Assembly: GCA_013388635.1 (NCBI GenBank)
Contig: JACAEX010000033.1
Coordinates: 2,356 to 66,355 of the forward strand
Source of the DNA: Syntrophaceae bacterium
GTDB lineage: Bacteria; Desulfobacterota; BSN033; UBA1163
DNA: 64,000 nt
Direction: 5' to 3'
Within the stretch, counting starts at the first letter, position 1; each line of letters starts with the position of its first letter. A program made the position numbers and the translations under genes. Shown piece after piece: positions 38,026-46,959 of this stretch. Below the pieces are notes generated by a model that had not been told where the DNA came from, ran no database searches, and saw only the letters and a program-made list of their open reading frames with translations.

Positions 38026-39321
38026 ATGAGCAGGAAGAGATCGATCAGCTTCTACCATAAAGCTTTGGAAATGCTTCCAGGGGGTGTGAACAGCCCGGTC
38101 CGGGCGTTCAAGGCGATAGGCATTCCGCCTCTCTTTATCGATCGTGCAAAGGGGTCGAGGATCTGGGATGTCGATGGAAATGAATATATCGACTATGTCG
38201 GTTCCTGGGGCCCAATGATCTTAGGTCATGCCCATCCGAAGGTTGTGGCTGCGCTGAAAAGGGCGGTGCTGAAAGGGACGAGTTTTGGTGCTCCCACGCC
38301 TCTGGAGGTTGAACTCGCGGCCAGGGTGAAGAAGGCCTTTCCCTCGATGGAACTGGTCAGGATGGTCAGTTCCGGTACAGAGGCGGTGATGAGTGCCATT
38401 CGAGTGGCAAGAGGATATACCGGAAGGGATAAGATCATCAAGTTTGAAGGATGTTACCACGGCCACGGAGACAGCCTGCTCGTGAAGGCAGGCTCCGGCG
38501 CCACCACTTTTGGCGTTCCCGACAGCCTTGGAGTTCCAGAGGATTTAGCCAGACATACCTTAACAGCCGTCTACAATAACTTAGAAAGTGTGAAGGGCCT
38601 GGTCAGCCAATATCCAGGCCAGATCGCCTGCATCATTGTGGAACCTGTAGCAGGGAACATGGGGGTGATCGCGCCGGAAAGGGGATTTTTGGAGGGCCTG
38701 AGAAAGATCTGCGATGAGGAAGGGATTCTTCTGCTTTTCGACGAGGTGATCACCGGCTTTCGCGTGGCCTACGGAGGTGCCCAGGAACTTTATGGGATCA
38801 GGGCAGATCTCACCTGCCTCGGAAAGATCATCGGTGGTGGGCTTCCGGTCGGTGTCTACGGAGGCAGGGAGAGGATCATGGAGAAGGTCTCCCCTTTAGG
38901 AGGCGTCTATCAGGCAGGCACACTCTCTGGCAACCCCCTTGCCATGACCGCAGGGATTGAGACGCTGGACCTGTTGAGGTCAAAAAAGGCCTATCCCGAC
39001 CTGGAGAAAAAAACATCTTACCTCGTGGAGAACATTTCGATCAGCGCTGAAGAGAAAGGGATCCCTCTCTGCATTAACCACGCCACAGGCATGTTCACCC
39101 TCTTCTTCACAGAAGGGCCGGTCAGGGATTATCGCTCGGCAAAGACGAGCGATACCAACCGATTTGCCAGGTTCTTTACGGAGATGATGAAGGAGGGGAT
39201 CTATCTCCCGCCATCCCAGTTCGAGGCCTGGTTCGTCTCCCTCGCCCATACCCAGAAGGATCTGGATCGGACGATCGAGGCCTGTGATCACGCCTTCAAC
39301 GCAATCTGTTCTAATGAATAA
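38026..39321 (+). CDS. hemL: Glutamate-1-semialdehyde 2,1-aminomutase
   Basis: PGGVNSPVRAF, DYVGSWGP, FEGCYHGH, DEVITGFR, LGKIIGGGLP, YQAGTLSGNP, PPSQFEA. Confidence 0.97.
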   Translation: MSRKRSISFYHKALEMLPGGVNSPVRAFKAIGIPPLFIDRAKGSRIWDVDGNEYIDYVGSWGPMILGHAHPKVVAALKRAVLKGTSFGAPTPLEVELAARVKKAFPSMELVRMVSSGTEAVMSAIRVARGYTGRDKIIKFEGCYHGHGDSLLVKAGSGATTFGVPDSLGVPEDLARHTLTAVYNNLESVKGLVSQYPGQIACIIVEPVAGNMGVIAPERGFLEGLRKICDEEGILLLFDEVITGFRVAYGGAQELYGIRADLTCLGKIIGGGLPVGVYGGRERIMEKVSPLGGVYQAGTLSGNPLAMTAGIETLDLLRSKKAYPDLEKKTSYLVENISISAEEKGIPLCINHATGMFTLFFTEGPVRDYRSAKTSDTNRFARFFTEMMKEGIYLPPSQFEAWFVSLAHTQKDLDRTIEACDHAFNAICSNE

Positions 39322-39442
39322 GTAAGATGGAGCTGCGGAACGATCTGGCGGTCAAACTCGATCATCAGGCCTGCCCCTTGCTCTCCCCTCATCAGAAGTC
39401 TGCAAATATCTTGTATGTCCTAAGGTCCGATGGTCATGAAGC

Positions 39443-39481
39443 GGAGCCGCCCCGCGGACTGAAGTCCGCAGCACCGGCTCC
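39443..39481. repeat. Palindromic hairpin of IS200/IS605- or RAYT-associated type
   Basis: GGAGCCG-cccc-GCGGACT-GA-AGTCCGC-agcac-CGGCTCC at the left edge of the AT-richer islet. Confidence 0.45.
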
Positions 39482-39584
39482 AGCTTAGGCGAACACCCGC
39501 CGAAGCACATCCGCCTTCGTCCTGTTAACACGGGACCTTGGCGTGATACCCTTTTCGTTCGGTTCTGGCAATTAATTTATTTGA

Positions 39585-39623
39585 TTGACGTTTTGTCGTT
39601 ATGGTGTTATAGTTATATAACTA
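39585..39623 (+). promoter_or_regulatory. Sigma70 promoter and palindromic operator of the TA operon
   Basis: TTGACG-17 nt-TATAGT with an extended TG. A perfect 14-bp palindrome TAGTTATATAACTA (39610-39623) overlaps the -10 box. Confidence 0.75.
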
Positions 39624-39638
39624 CAGTAGGAGGAGGTT

Positions 39639-39872
39639 ATGATTACACAAACCAAAAGAGTTACAGTATATCTGGATCCCGAGCTACATAAAGCATTACG
39701 GCTTAAGGCTGTAGAGACCTCCCGTTCAATATCAGAGCTTGTCAATAATGCGATCAGAGAAGCTCTTGCAGAGGATGCCGAGGATATTGCGGCCTTTGAA
39801 GAAAGGGCTAAAGAGCGGTTAATTAGCTATGACGAAATGGTCAAAAGGCTAAAGAAAGATGGCCGCATATAA
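39639..39872 (+). CDS. CopG/RHH-type antitoxin
   Basis: RVTVYLDPELHKALRLKA..SISELVNNAIREAL ribbon-helix-helix, acidic tail, overlaps the toxin start. Confidence 0.85.
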   Translation: MITQTKRVTVYLDPELHKALRLKAVETSRSISELVNNAIREALAEDAEDIAAFEERAKERLISYDEMVKRLKKDGRI

Positions 39873-40116
39873 AGTTCTTTTCAAAGCATCTGTTGAGAAA
39901 GACCTCATCACCATACCCAAGAAAGATTTGAAGAAGATCCTCAAACGCATTGAGGAATTTGCCAATAACCCAAGGCCGTCGAGTTGCGAAAAGTTGGCCG
40001 GTCAGGAAAGGTATCGACTGCGTCAAGGACGGTACCGTATCGCCTATTCGATCCAAGACGTTGAACTTACAGTTTGCGTAGTCAAAGTGGGCCACCGTAA
40101 AGATATTTATCGTTGA
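39859..40116 (+). CDS. relE: Type II toxin, RelE/ParE family
   Basis: YKVLFKASVEKDL...NPRP..CEKLAGQERYRLRQGRYRIAY...VVKVGHRKDIYR. Confidence 0.9.
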   Translation: MAAYKVLFKASVEKDLITIPKKDLKKILKRIEEFANNPRPSSCEKLAGQERYRLRQGRYRIAYSIQDVELTVCVVKVGHRKDIYR

Positions 40117-40238
40117 AGCGAGCACTCGATCGGATGGTTTACCCCCACCGCTGATTATAATCGTGTGTGCCGGGCATGGCACAGAGCCCGTGAGGTGTAA
40201 GTCCTCACACCAGGTATTAGCATTAGAGATCCCGTGAA

Positions 40239-40478
40239 ATGAAGAGTTGCATGGATAATGCGATTAAAGAGATATGCGATAAAGAAGGGGTTTCGGAGCG
40301 GGCATTGAGGCTGGGAGTGCGGACCAGAAAGTTTTCGAGGGTCCGAGTGAAGGTTGCGTATCATTTGAATCATGAGTACGGGATTTCGAGGGCTGAGGTC
40401 GCGCGGCAACTTGGGGTATGTACTTCAGCGATTGCTAAGGCCGTTCAGAACATGGAAGGAGCCGAAAATAAGTGTTGA
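40239..40478 (+). pseudogene. Probable C-terminal remnant of a REP-associated tyrosine transposase (HTH tail only)
   Basis: VAYHLNHEYGISRAEVARQLGVCTSAIAKAV resembles the DnaA-C/TrpR-like tail of RAYT-type transposases. No HUH catalytic domain is seen upstream. Confidence 0.5.
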
Positions 40479-40530
40479 TTTTCAACTATGTCCCTTTTCG
40501 TATTTTAATCTTTTAGACGGAGGTGGAATC

Positions 40531-40932
40531 ATGGACAAAGAGGTTGTTCTTGAGAACGAATATATAACCGTATGGTATTATCCTCAAAAGAAAATCGTCC
40601 ACCATGAATTTCATAAATTTACGTCTGGGAAGACATTTCAGGACGCATTAAGTGCAGGAGCTGCAATATTAGAGAAAAATAGGGCTCAAAAATGGCTATC
40701 AGATGACAGGAAAAATACTGTTATCGGTAAAGATGACATGCAATGGACTAAGACCGTTTGGAGGCCTCGAGTCATTAAGGCAGGGTGGAAATATTGGGCT
40801 CTTGTTCTCCCGGAAAAAGTTATAGGACAGATGGTTATGAAACGAATAATTAAAGAATATGCCGATACTGGCGTTACGGTAGAGATATTCAGCGACCCTG
40901 ATAAAGCCATGAAGTGGCTTGAGGCCCAATAG
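40531..40932 (+). CDS. Hypothetical protein, STAS/SpoIIAA-like fold
   Basis: RBS GGAGGT. KWLSDDR...WRPRVIKAGWKYWALVLP...VEIFSDPDKAMKWL. AT-rich codon usage. Confidence 0.7.
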   Translation: MDKEVVLENEYITVWYYPQKKIVHHEFHKFTSGKTFQDALSAGAAILEKNRAQKWLSDDRKNTVIGKDDMQWTKTVWRPRVIKAGWKYWALVLPEKVIGQMVMKRIIKEYADTGVTVEIFSDPDKAMKWLEAQ

Positions 40933-40973
40933 GGTGTCAGTGGTGTCTTCCTATGCTGCAGAAATCGCCTCCT

Positions 40974-42041
40974 TCAACCTGTCGTTGAGGCCCGAACAGG
41001 ATTCAGGATGGTCGTTGAAAAATCTTTCGATTCGACCCCAGGGGATTCGATCCTTTCCTTTTCATAAAAACTTTCTACCCTTTCGATGATCTGGTCTTCT
41101 TCCAGGGGAACCCTTTCCAGTGACCTCTCCAGACCGTCGAGCCGCTCCTTTGGAAAAAAGGTGAAATCCCCTGAGATGGTGATCTGCTCGATCCTTCTCT
41201 CCGAAATCTCTTCGATGGTCCGGATAAGTCCGCCCCTGGCCTTGTGGAGGCCGTAGTAGACCTCCAGGCCCTCTTTTATCTTCACCCCTTTGGGGACCTT
41301 GGATGTCTTTTTCAGCAGAAACCCTTCTGATGTCATCCAGGATTCTAACTCTTTCATCTTTTCGACAATTTCCTGGTTCAATGAGACAGGCTCGAGCCTT
41401 CCCAGCATCTTTTCAAAACTCTCTCGGAGTACCCTGACGATCTCCTCACGGCGAGGGATCGTTCCCAGCTCTTTCTTCATCGTGGTCAGATTTTCTTCCA
41501 TGGTTTTATGAACCTTATCCCTGAATTTTTCGTCAGGGACCTTCAAGATCCGACTCATCGTTCTGTAGTCAAAATCGAGGAGGATTCCTCCGACGAAGAC
41601 CATACAGTCCCCGATATTCCCTCCGCCCTCCCCTGCGATCTTTCTTCCCTCTCTGGTAATGATGTCGTTGACCGCCCGGTATTCGGCCTGGATTCCGAAG
41701 GTCCTGTAAGTCTCAACAGGCGCCTGTGAGAACCAGGGGTAGATCTCATGGATCGCCCTCGGGAATTTTTGATTCTCCTTCCTCCAGATCAGTTGATAGA
41801 AGATCTGGTTCTCATCGAGATAAGTGGCTCCTCCTCCGACCTCTCTTCGCATGAACGGGATCCCCATCCCTTTGCAGTACTGGAGGTCCACCTCCTGCTC
41901 GGCATCCTGGAAATATCCGATGCTCGCAAGAGGGCGGCTTGGTGATACGATCACCAGGGCCTCGATTCCCATTCGCGCAAGGGCATGAAAGATGAGCATC
42001 GATTGCTGCCCTGGAAGCTTTCCGAGATCAAATAGATACAT
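40974..42041 (-). CDS. lplA: Lipoate-protein ligase (LplA catalytic domain plus C-terminal LplB-like domain)
   Basis: SIGYFQD, RREVGGGATYLD, YRAVNDI...GRKIAG, KARGGLIR, ITISGDF. Confidence 0.88.
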   Translation of the reverse strand: MYLFDLGKLPGQQSMLIFHALARMGIEALVIVSPSRPLASIGYFQDAEQEVDLQYCKGMGIPFMRREVGGGATYLDENQIFYQLIWRKENQKFPRAIHEIYPWFSQAPVETYRTFGIQAEYRAVNDIITREGRKIAGEGGGNIGDCMVFVGGILLDFDYRTMSRILKVPDEKFRDKVHKTMEENLTTMKKELGTIPRREEIVRVLRESFEKMLGRLEPVSLNQEIVEKMKELESWMTSEGFLLKKTSKVPKGVKIKEGLEVYYGLHKARGGLIRTIEEISERRIEQITISGDFTFFPKERLDGLERSLERVPLEEDQIIERVESFYEKERIESPGVESKDFSTTILNPVRASTTG

Positions 42042-42098
42042 GGTCTCCTCCTTTTTGATTGATTTAAGTCTCCGAACTCAGAACTCGAAACCTCGATC

Positions 42099-43286
42099 TC
42101 AGGACTTCATATTTTTGAGCACAAATTCCGTGATGTCCATCACGGTGATCGGGATCTTTTTCTTTCGGGCCGTGCTCATCATGGTGCGCACACACTGCTG
42201 ACAGGAGGTGATCACCGTATCGGCACCGGTGGCCTGGATCTGCTTGAGCTTCTCCTGGGCCAGGGCTGCCGAAAGCTCTGGATCGACCATCTCGAGGTTA
42301 CCTCCTCCACCGCAGCACTTGCACGCCTCTCGGCTGTTTTCCATCTCAACGAGGACCACCCCAGGGATCTGCCGGAGCACCTCTCGGGGCGGTTCATAAA
42401 CACCGCTCCCCCTGCCCAGATCGCAGGGATCGTGATACGTGACCTTCGCCTTTTTCTCCTTAAAGATGATCTTCCCTTCCTCGATCAACTTCTTGAGGAA
42501 CTGAGTGGAATGAAAGACCTCGATATCTGTTTGGTAATCCTCCAGCCAGGTATGGTAGCAAGACGGGCACGCGAAGACCGCCCGCACGACGCCCTTCGCT
42601 TTCATCTTTTCGAGATTGTGCTGGATCAGAACCTCGGCCTCCTTTTTCATTCCTGCTCCGATCAGAGGAAACCCACAGCACCACTCCTCTCCGCCGAGGA
42701 GGGTGAAATCAACCCCGGTCTTCCGAAAGATCTCGACGAGGGCCTTGGGAATCCTGTGGACCATGGGAAAGAAGGAGGCCACGCACCCGACGAAAAAGGC
42801 CACTTCAGCCCTCTCTTTGTCATAAAGGTGATCCGGGACCTCGTCCAGGGACTTGACCCACTCCACCCGCTCCATATTTTCATTTCCGAGGATGTTATGG
42901 ACCTCGGAGAGGTTGGACTTCAGTTGATCCATCGCCTTCGGGAAGTAGCCCATCTCCACCAGGGTCTCCCTCAAGGCAAGCCAGAGATTTTTAGCATCGA
43001 TGGAGACCGGACAGCTCACGCCACATTCACCGCAGAGGGTACAGCGGTAGACCATCTCTGAGAATCTTTTCAACTTCTCCTCGTCCAGTTTTTTAGGGCC
43101 GAAGACCCTTGCCCAAAGGCCGTACTGGCTCCGGATGAAAGCCTTAAAGGCCTGAATCTTTCCCCGGGGATCGATCTCCTCCTGGCCCTTCTGGGCATAG
43201 ACCGGGCAGGATTTCAGGCATTCGCCACACCGGGTGCAGGCATCGATCTCGATCAGTTGTCTGGGAGAGAGGGCTGAGAGCTTCAT
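42099..43286 (-). CDS. Fe-S oxidoreductase with 2x4Fe-4S and CCG domains (HdrD/GlcF-like)
   Basis: CTRCGECLKSCP, CTLCGECGVSCP, FVGC, WCCGFP, YHDPCDLGR, CCGGGG, TSCQQC. Confidence 0.9.
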   Translation of the reverse strand: MKLSALSPRQLIEIDACTRCGECLKSCPVYAQKGQEEIDPRGKIQAFKAFIRSQYGLWARVFGPKKLDEEKLKRFSEMVYRCTLCGECGVSCPVSIDAKNLWLALRETLVEMGYFPKAMDQLKSNLSEVHNILGNENMERVEWVKSLDEVPDHLYDKERAEVAFFVGCVASFFPMVHRIPKALVEIFRKTGVDFTLLGGEEWCCGFPLIGAGMKKEAEVLIQHNLEKMKAKGVVRAVFACPSCYHTWLEDYQTDIEVFHSTQFLKKLIEEGKIIFKEKKAKVTYHDPCDLGRGSGVYEPPREVLRQIPGVVLVEMENSREACKCCGGGGNLEMVDPELSAALAQEKLKQIQATGADTVITSCQQCVRTMMSTARKKKIPITVMDITEFVLKNMKS

Positions 43287-43292
43287 GGCGAA

Positions 43293-44405
43293 TTAGGCTG
43301 CCTCCTTCTTATTGGCAAGCCCTTCCTCATAAAGCCGGGCGAGGAACTCGGTGATATTGTAGATCTCGATGTTCTGCCTTCGCCTCGCATTTCTAAAATT
43401 ATGAAGGCATGAAGGGCACTCGGTGAGCAGAACCTCGGCTCCTGTCTCCTCGATGATCTGGCTCAAGCGGTTTCTTGCAATCTTGACCGAGTCCTTTGGA
43501 AATGCACCTCTGAAGCCTCCTCCCGCGCCGCAACACATGGCGTTCTCCCTGGTTCGTCTCGGCTCGACAAAATTGGGAGCGATCTTGCGGATGATTGCCC
43601 TCGGTTCATCATAGATGCCTGCATGACGGCCGAGATCGCAGGGGTCGTGATAGGTGACCCTTTTTTCCGTCTTCACCTCGAAGTCAAAGTCTTTGAGAAA
43701 CTGGGTGATGTGCTTAACCTCCAGGCCCAGATCCCGGTAGGCAGGATGTTCCTTGAAGACCCGGTAACAGTAAGGACAGGTGGTGATCAGGGTCTTCGCT
43801 CCGGTCTTCTGGAATTCTTGAATATTATGTTGGGCCAATCCTTTCTTGACTTGGTAGCCCACGTCTTCGAGCACCCCACTGCAGCAGACCTCTTCGATCA
43901 TGGTGAAGTCGACCTTGAGGAGATCGAGAAGGCGGATGGTCTCGGCCACGCTCTCCTGCTCCCGATAGGTCCCCACACAGCCTAAGAAGAGGACGTAGGG
44001 AGCCTTTCCCTTCCTATGGCCCCAGTCCTGCCTCTCTTGCTCTCCATAGATGTTGCCATACTTCTCCACGATCTCGCCCATGGCCCTGAAGAGGTTGTCG
44101 TATCCGATCCCGACCAGCTCTTTTCGCATGGCCTTGATCACCTCCTGAGGGTCTGCACCGGAGGGACAGTTGGTCGTACAATTCATGCAGGTGGTGCAGC
44201 GGAGAAGGGCCTGAGCCACGGCCTCGGTCACGGGAAGCTTCCCGTCCATCACCTCTTTGAGGAGGATCATCTTTCCTCGAGCATTGGTAATGGGCCTTTT
44301 GGTCAGGTCGAAGATCGGGCAGACCGCCCTGCAGAAGCCGCAGCGGGAACATTGGGTGATCGCCTTACGCCGGTTGTCGTCGAGTTGCAAATGGTTGATC
44401 ATCAT
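43293..44405 (-). CDS. Fe-S/CCG-domain subunit (GlcF/LdhB-like)
   Basis: CSRCGFCRAVCP, CTTCMNCTTNCP, FLGC, CCSG, YHDPCDLGR, CCGAGG, ECPSC. Confidence 0.9.
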   Translation of the reverse strand: MMINHLQLDDNRRKAITQCSRCGFCRAVCPIFDLTKRPITNARGKMILLKEVMDGKLPVTEAVAQALLRCTTCMNCTTNCPSGADPQEVIKAMRKELVGIGYDNLFRAMGEIVEKYGNIYGEQERQDWGHRKGKAPYVLFLGCVGTYREQESVAETIRLLDLLKVDFTMIEEVCCSGVLEDVGYQVKKGLAQHNIQEFQKTGAKTLITTCPYCYRVFKEHPAYRDLGLEVKHITQFLKDFDFEVKTEKRVTYHDPCDLGRHAGIYDEPRAIIRKIAPNFVEPRRTRENAMCCGAGGGFRGAFPKDSVKIARNRLSQIIEETGAEVLLTECPSCLHNFRNARRRQNIEIYNITEFLARLYEEGLANKKEAA

Positions 44406-44420
44406 TTCACCTGTTAAGTT

Positions 44421-44487
44421 AAAATTCCAAATCCAAAACACCAAATCCAAAATTGTTTCGGGTTTCGTGCTTCGAATTTCGGTTTTT
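44421..44487. repeat. Intergenic low-complexity palindromic repeat, copy 1
   Basis: aaattccaaatccaaaacaccaaatcc...; the core TTTCGTGCTTCGAATTT at 44463-44479 is shared with 49435-49451 (reverse) and 54687-54703. Confidence 0.65.
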
Positions 44488-45855
44488 TCATTTATCCAGT
44501 GCTCTTTTCCCAGGGTTCATAATATTGTTAGGGTCCAAAACCCTTTTGATCTTTCTCATCAGGGCCATCTCCACAGGATCGTGCTCCAGGCTCATGTAGT
44601 TGGCCTTGGAGAGGCCGATGCCATGCTCTCCTGAGAGGGTTCCCTTGAGTGAGATGGCCAAGTCGAAGATCTCCTCCTCGACCTTCTCCATCAACTCCAC
44701 CTGGTTCGGGTCGTACTCGTCGTAAAGGATCTGGGGATGGAGATTGCCATCGCCAGCATGGCCATAGGTCGCGATCAGCATGCCATGTTTTCGGGAGATC
44801 TCCTGGATCCCCAAGAGGAGGTCTGATATTCTTGAAACCGGAACGGTGACATCGTCCAGCACGAAGCTGTGGCTGGCCCGTGCCAGGGTGGCATAAGCAG
44901 ACTTGCGGGCCTTCCAGAGATCGAGCCGGTCCTTCTCATCCTTGGCCGTCTTAATAGAGATCGGATGGTTCTGGTTAAAGATGTTTAAGACGACCTCCAT
45001 TTGGGCCTCCACCTCCTGCCAGGTATAGCCGTCTGTCTCGGTCAGGATCATCGCCTCTGCATCAGGCAGGTCGATGTCGGTGTTCTCCTTAATCGATTTG
45101 AGAGTGACCTTGTCGAGGATCTCCATCACACTCGGAAGCACGCCACTCATCATGGTCTGAGAGATCGCCTTTCCCGCATCCTCCAGCCTGGCAAAGGTTG
45201 CCACTGCGGTCATCGCATGTCGGGGGATGGGATTGATCTTCAGGGTGACCTCCGTAATCACCCCCAGGGTTCCTTCAGAACCGACGAACAGTTTCGAAAG
45301 GTCGTAGCCCGAGACACACTTCATCGTGTAGGCGCCGGTTTGCATGATCTCACCGGTTGGCAGGACGACCTGCAGACCGAGGACATAGTCTCGCGTGGTG
45401 CCGTATTTGGCCCCCTTGATCCCGCCCGCGTTTGTGGCTACGTTGCCGCCGATCGTAGAGACGGAGCTGCTTGCAGGGTCAGGGGGAAATATGAAGCCGG
45501 ACTTTGCCAATGCCCGATTGAGATCGTCACAGACCACGCCTGCCTGGACCTTGGCATAACGGTTCTCAATACTGATTTCGAGGATGCGGTTCATCTTTGA
45601 GAGGTCGATGATGATGCCGCCCTGAATGGGGACCGCCCCGCCGCTCAGGCTGGTCCCTGCCCCCCTTGGGATCAGGGGGGTTTTATGCTCATTGGCAAAC
45701 TTGACGATTTCAGATACCTGCTCCGTCGATTCAGGCCAGACGGCGGCATCGGGTCTATGGACGTTGATCGAGGCATCATAACTGTAGGGCACCAGTTCCT
45801 CCAGCTGGTCGGTGAAATTCTCTTTCCCAACGATCTCAATCAATCTCTTAAGCAT
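44488..45855 (-). CDS. FAD-linked 2-hydroxy-acid dehydrogenase (GlcD/D-lactate dehydrogenase-like)
   Basis: PRGAGTSLSGG, FPPDPAS, NAGGIKGAKYGTTRDYV, GSEGTLG, GHAGDGNLHP, SGEHGIG, MNPGK. Confidence 0.92.
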   Translation of the reverse strand: MLKRLIEIVGKENFTDQLEELVPYSYDASINVHRPDAAVWPESTEQVSEIVKFANEHKTPLIPRGAGTSLSGGAVPIQGGIIIDLSKMNRILEISIENRYAKVQAGVVCDDLNRALAKSGFIFPPDPASSSVSTIGGNVATNAGGIKGAKYGTTRDYVLGLQVVLPTGEIMQTGAYTMKCVSGYDLSKLFVGSEGTLGVITEVTLKINPIPRHAMTAVATFARLEDAGKAISQTMMSGVLPSVMEILDKVTLKSIKENTDIDLPDAEAMILTETDGYTWQEVEAQMEVVLNIFNQNHPISIKTAKDEKDRLDLWKARKSAYATLARASHSFVLDDVTVPVSRISDLLLGIQEISRKHGMLIATYGHAGDGNLHPQILYDEYDPNQVELMEKVEEEIFDLAISLKGTLSGEHGIGLSKANYMSLEHDPVEMALMRKIKRVLDPNNIMNPGKRALDK

Positions 45856-46044
45856 ACGAAATTCCCTTCTCGCTTATCGTCGGTCGAATTATAACCTCTT
45901 CGTCTCCATTACTCCAACCTGATCTGAACGATTCGGCGCTCCTGAAGGAGAGCAGAAATGGCTCAAAGTCTTTCCGCCAAAGGCGGATCCGACTCTGTTG
46001 GATTAGAATGCGATTTTTCAATAAGCGAGCTCAATACCATTCGA

Positions 46045-46746
46045 TCATCGTTTCTGATTCCTGAAGGCCATCACCTCGGATTCGACATAATTTAGATGTT
46101 CAAGCGTTTTTCTCCTCGCCTTATTGGGCGAGCGGTTCTTGATCGCATCGAATATCTGGTAATGCTGACGAATCAGTTTTTTCACCTTTTCTCGATCCGT
46201 GAAGACCCGTGCTACCGATTCCCGGAGAAGCCCGTAAATGGTGGACATGAGATGGGTCTGGATGGTGTTATGGGTTGCCTGAGCGATGGCCAGGTGAAAA
46301 TCGGCATCTTCCTTTTCCCAGGATCGACCTTCGTCAAAGGCCTTGGTCATCTCCACGATGATCTCTTCCAGCCGTTTGATATCCTCGTCCATCGCTCTTT
46401 GAGCTGCCTGAAAGGAAGCCCATGACTCCATCGCCTTTCTCACCTCTATCAGATCGAAGATCTTCTGTGTGTCCGTTTTAATGATCCGGGAGAGGGGGTC
46501 TTCAATCCTTTCCGAGATGACCGATTTGACAAAGGTCCTCCTGGCCTGTTTCACTTCGAGAAACCCCATCGCCACCAATGAGTTCAGGGCCTCTCGGAGG
46601 GTGGGACGGCTTACACCAAATTCTTTAACGAGCTGGCGTTCGGGAGGAAGGCGATCGCCGGGCTTTAGCTTGCCCTCGCTGATGAGGCCTTTGATCTGGT
46701 TTACGATTTCGTCGGAGGCCCTTTTGGGCCTGATCGTTTGGAACAT
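46045..46746 (-). CDS. FadR-subfamily GntR regulator (LutR/PdhR/GlcC-like)
   Basis: IRPKRASDEIVNQI...LKPGDRLPPERQLVKEFGVSRPTLREAL, FCD domain DADFHLAIAQATHN. Confidence 0.92.
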   Translation of the reverse strand: MFQTIRPKRASDEIVNQIKGLISEGKLKPGDRLPPERQLVKEFGVSRPTLREALNSLVAMGFLEVKQARRTFVKSVISERIEDPLSRIIKTDTQKIFDLIEVRKAMESWASFQAAQRAMDEDIKRLEEIIVEMTKAFDEGRSWEKEDADFHLAIAQATHNTIQTHLMSTIYGLLRESVARVFTDREKVKKLIRQHYQIFDAIKNRSPNKARRKTLEHLNYVESEVMAFRNQKR

Positions 46747-46759
46747 GTCGATTCAGGTT

Positions 46760-46770
46760 TGGTCAAACCA
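46760..46770. promoter_or_regulatory. Putative FadR operator (autoregulatory)
   Basis: TGGTCAAACCA 14 nt upstream of the regulator start codon. Confidence 0.65.
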
Positions 46771-46860
46771 TTTTAATTTGAATTCAGTCATGTTGTCAAT
46801 CGAAAAATAGAATCCTTTAAAGATCGAAAGGTTAGGCGGGATATTGGATCGTTATGGTAG

Positions 46861-46923
46861 TGGTCAAACCATTTGTCCAAAAATCATTTTTTGGTTGACA
46901 ACCTCTCTGCGGTTTGTTATAAA
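46861..46923 (+). promoter_or_regulatory. FadR operator plus sigma70 promoter of the ligase/lyase/GlcDE operon
   Basis: TGGTCAAACCA (46861-46871), then TTGACA (46895-46900)-17 nt-TATAAA (46918-46923) with an extended TG. Confidence 0.7.
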
Positions 46924-46959
46924 GCCAGAGAATTTGAGAAGCACCCCAAGGAGGTTATT

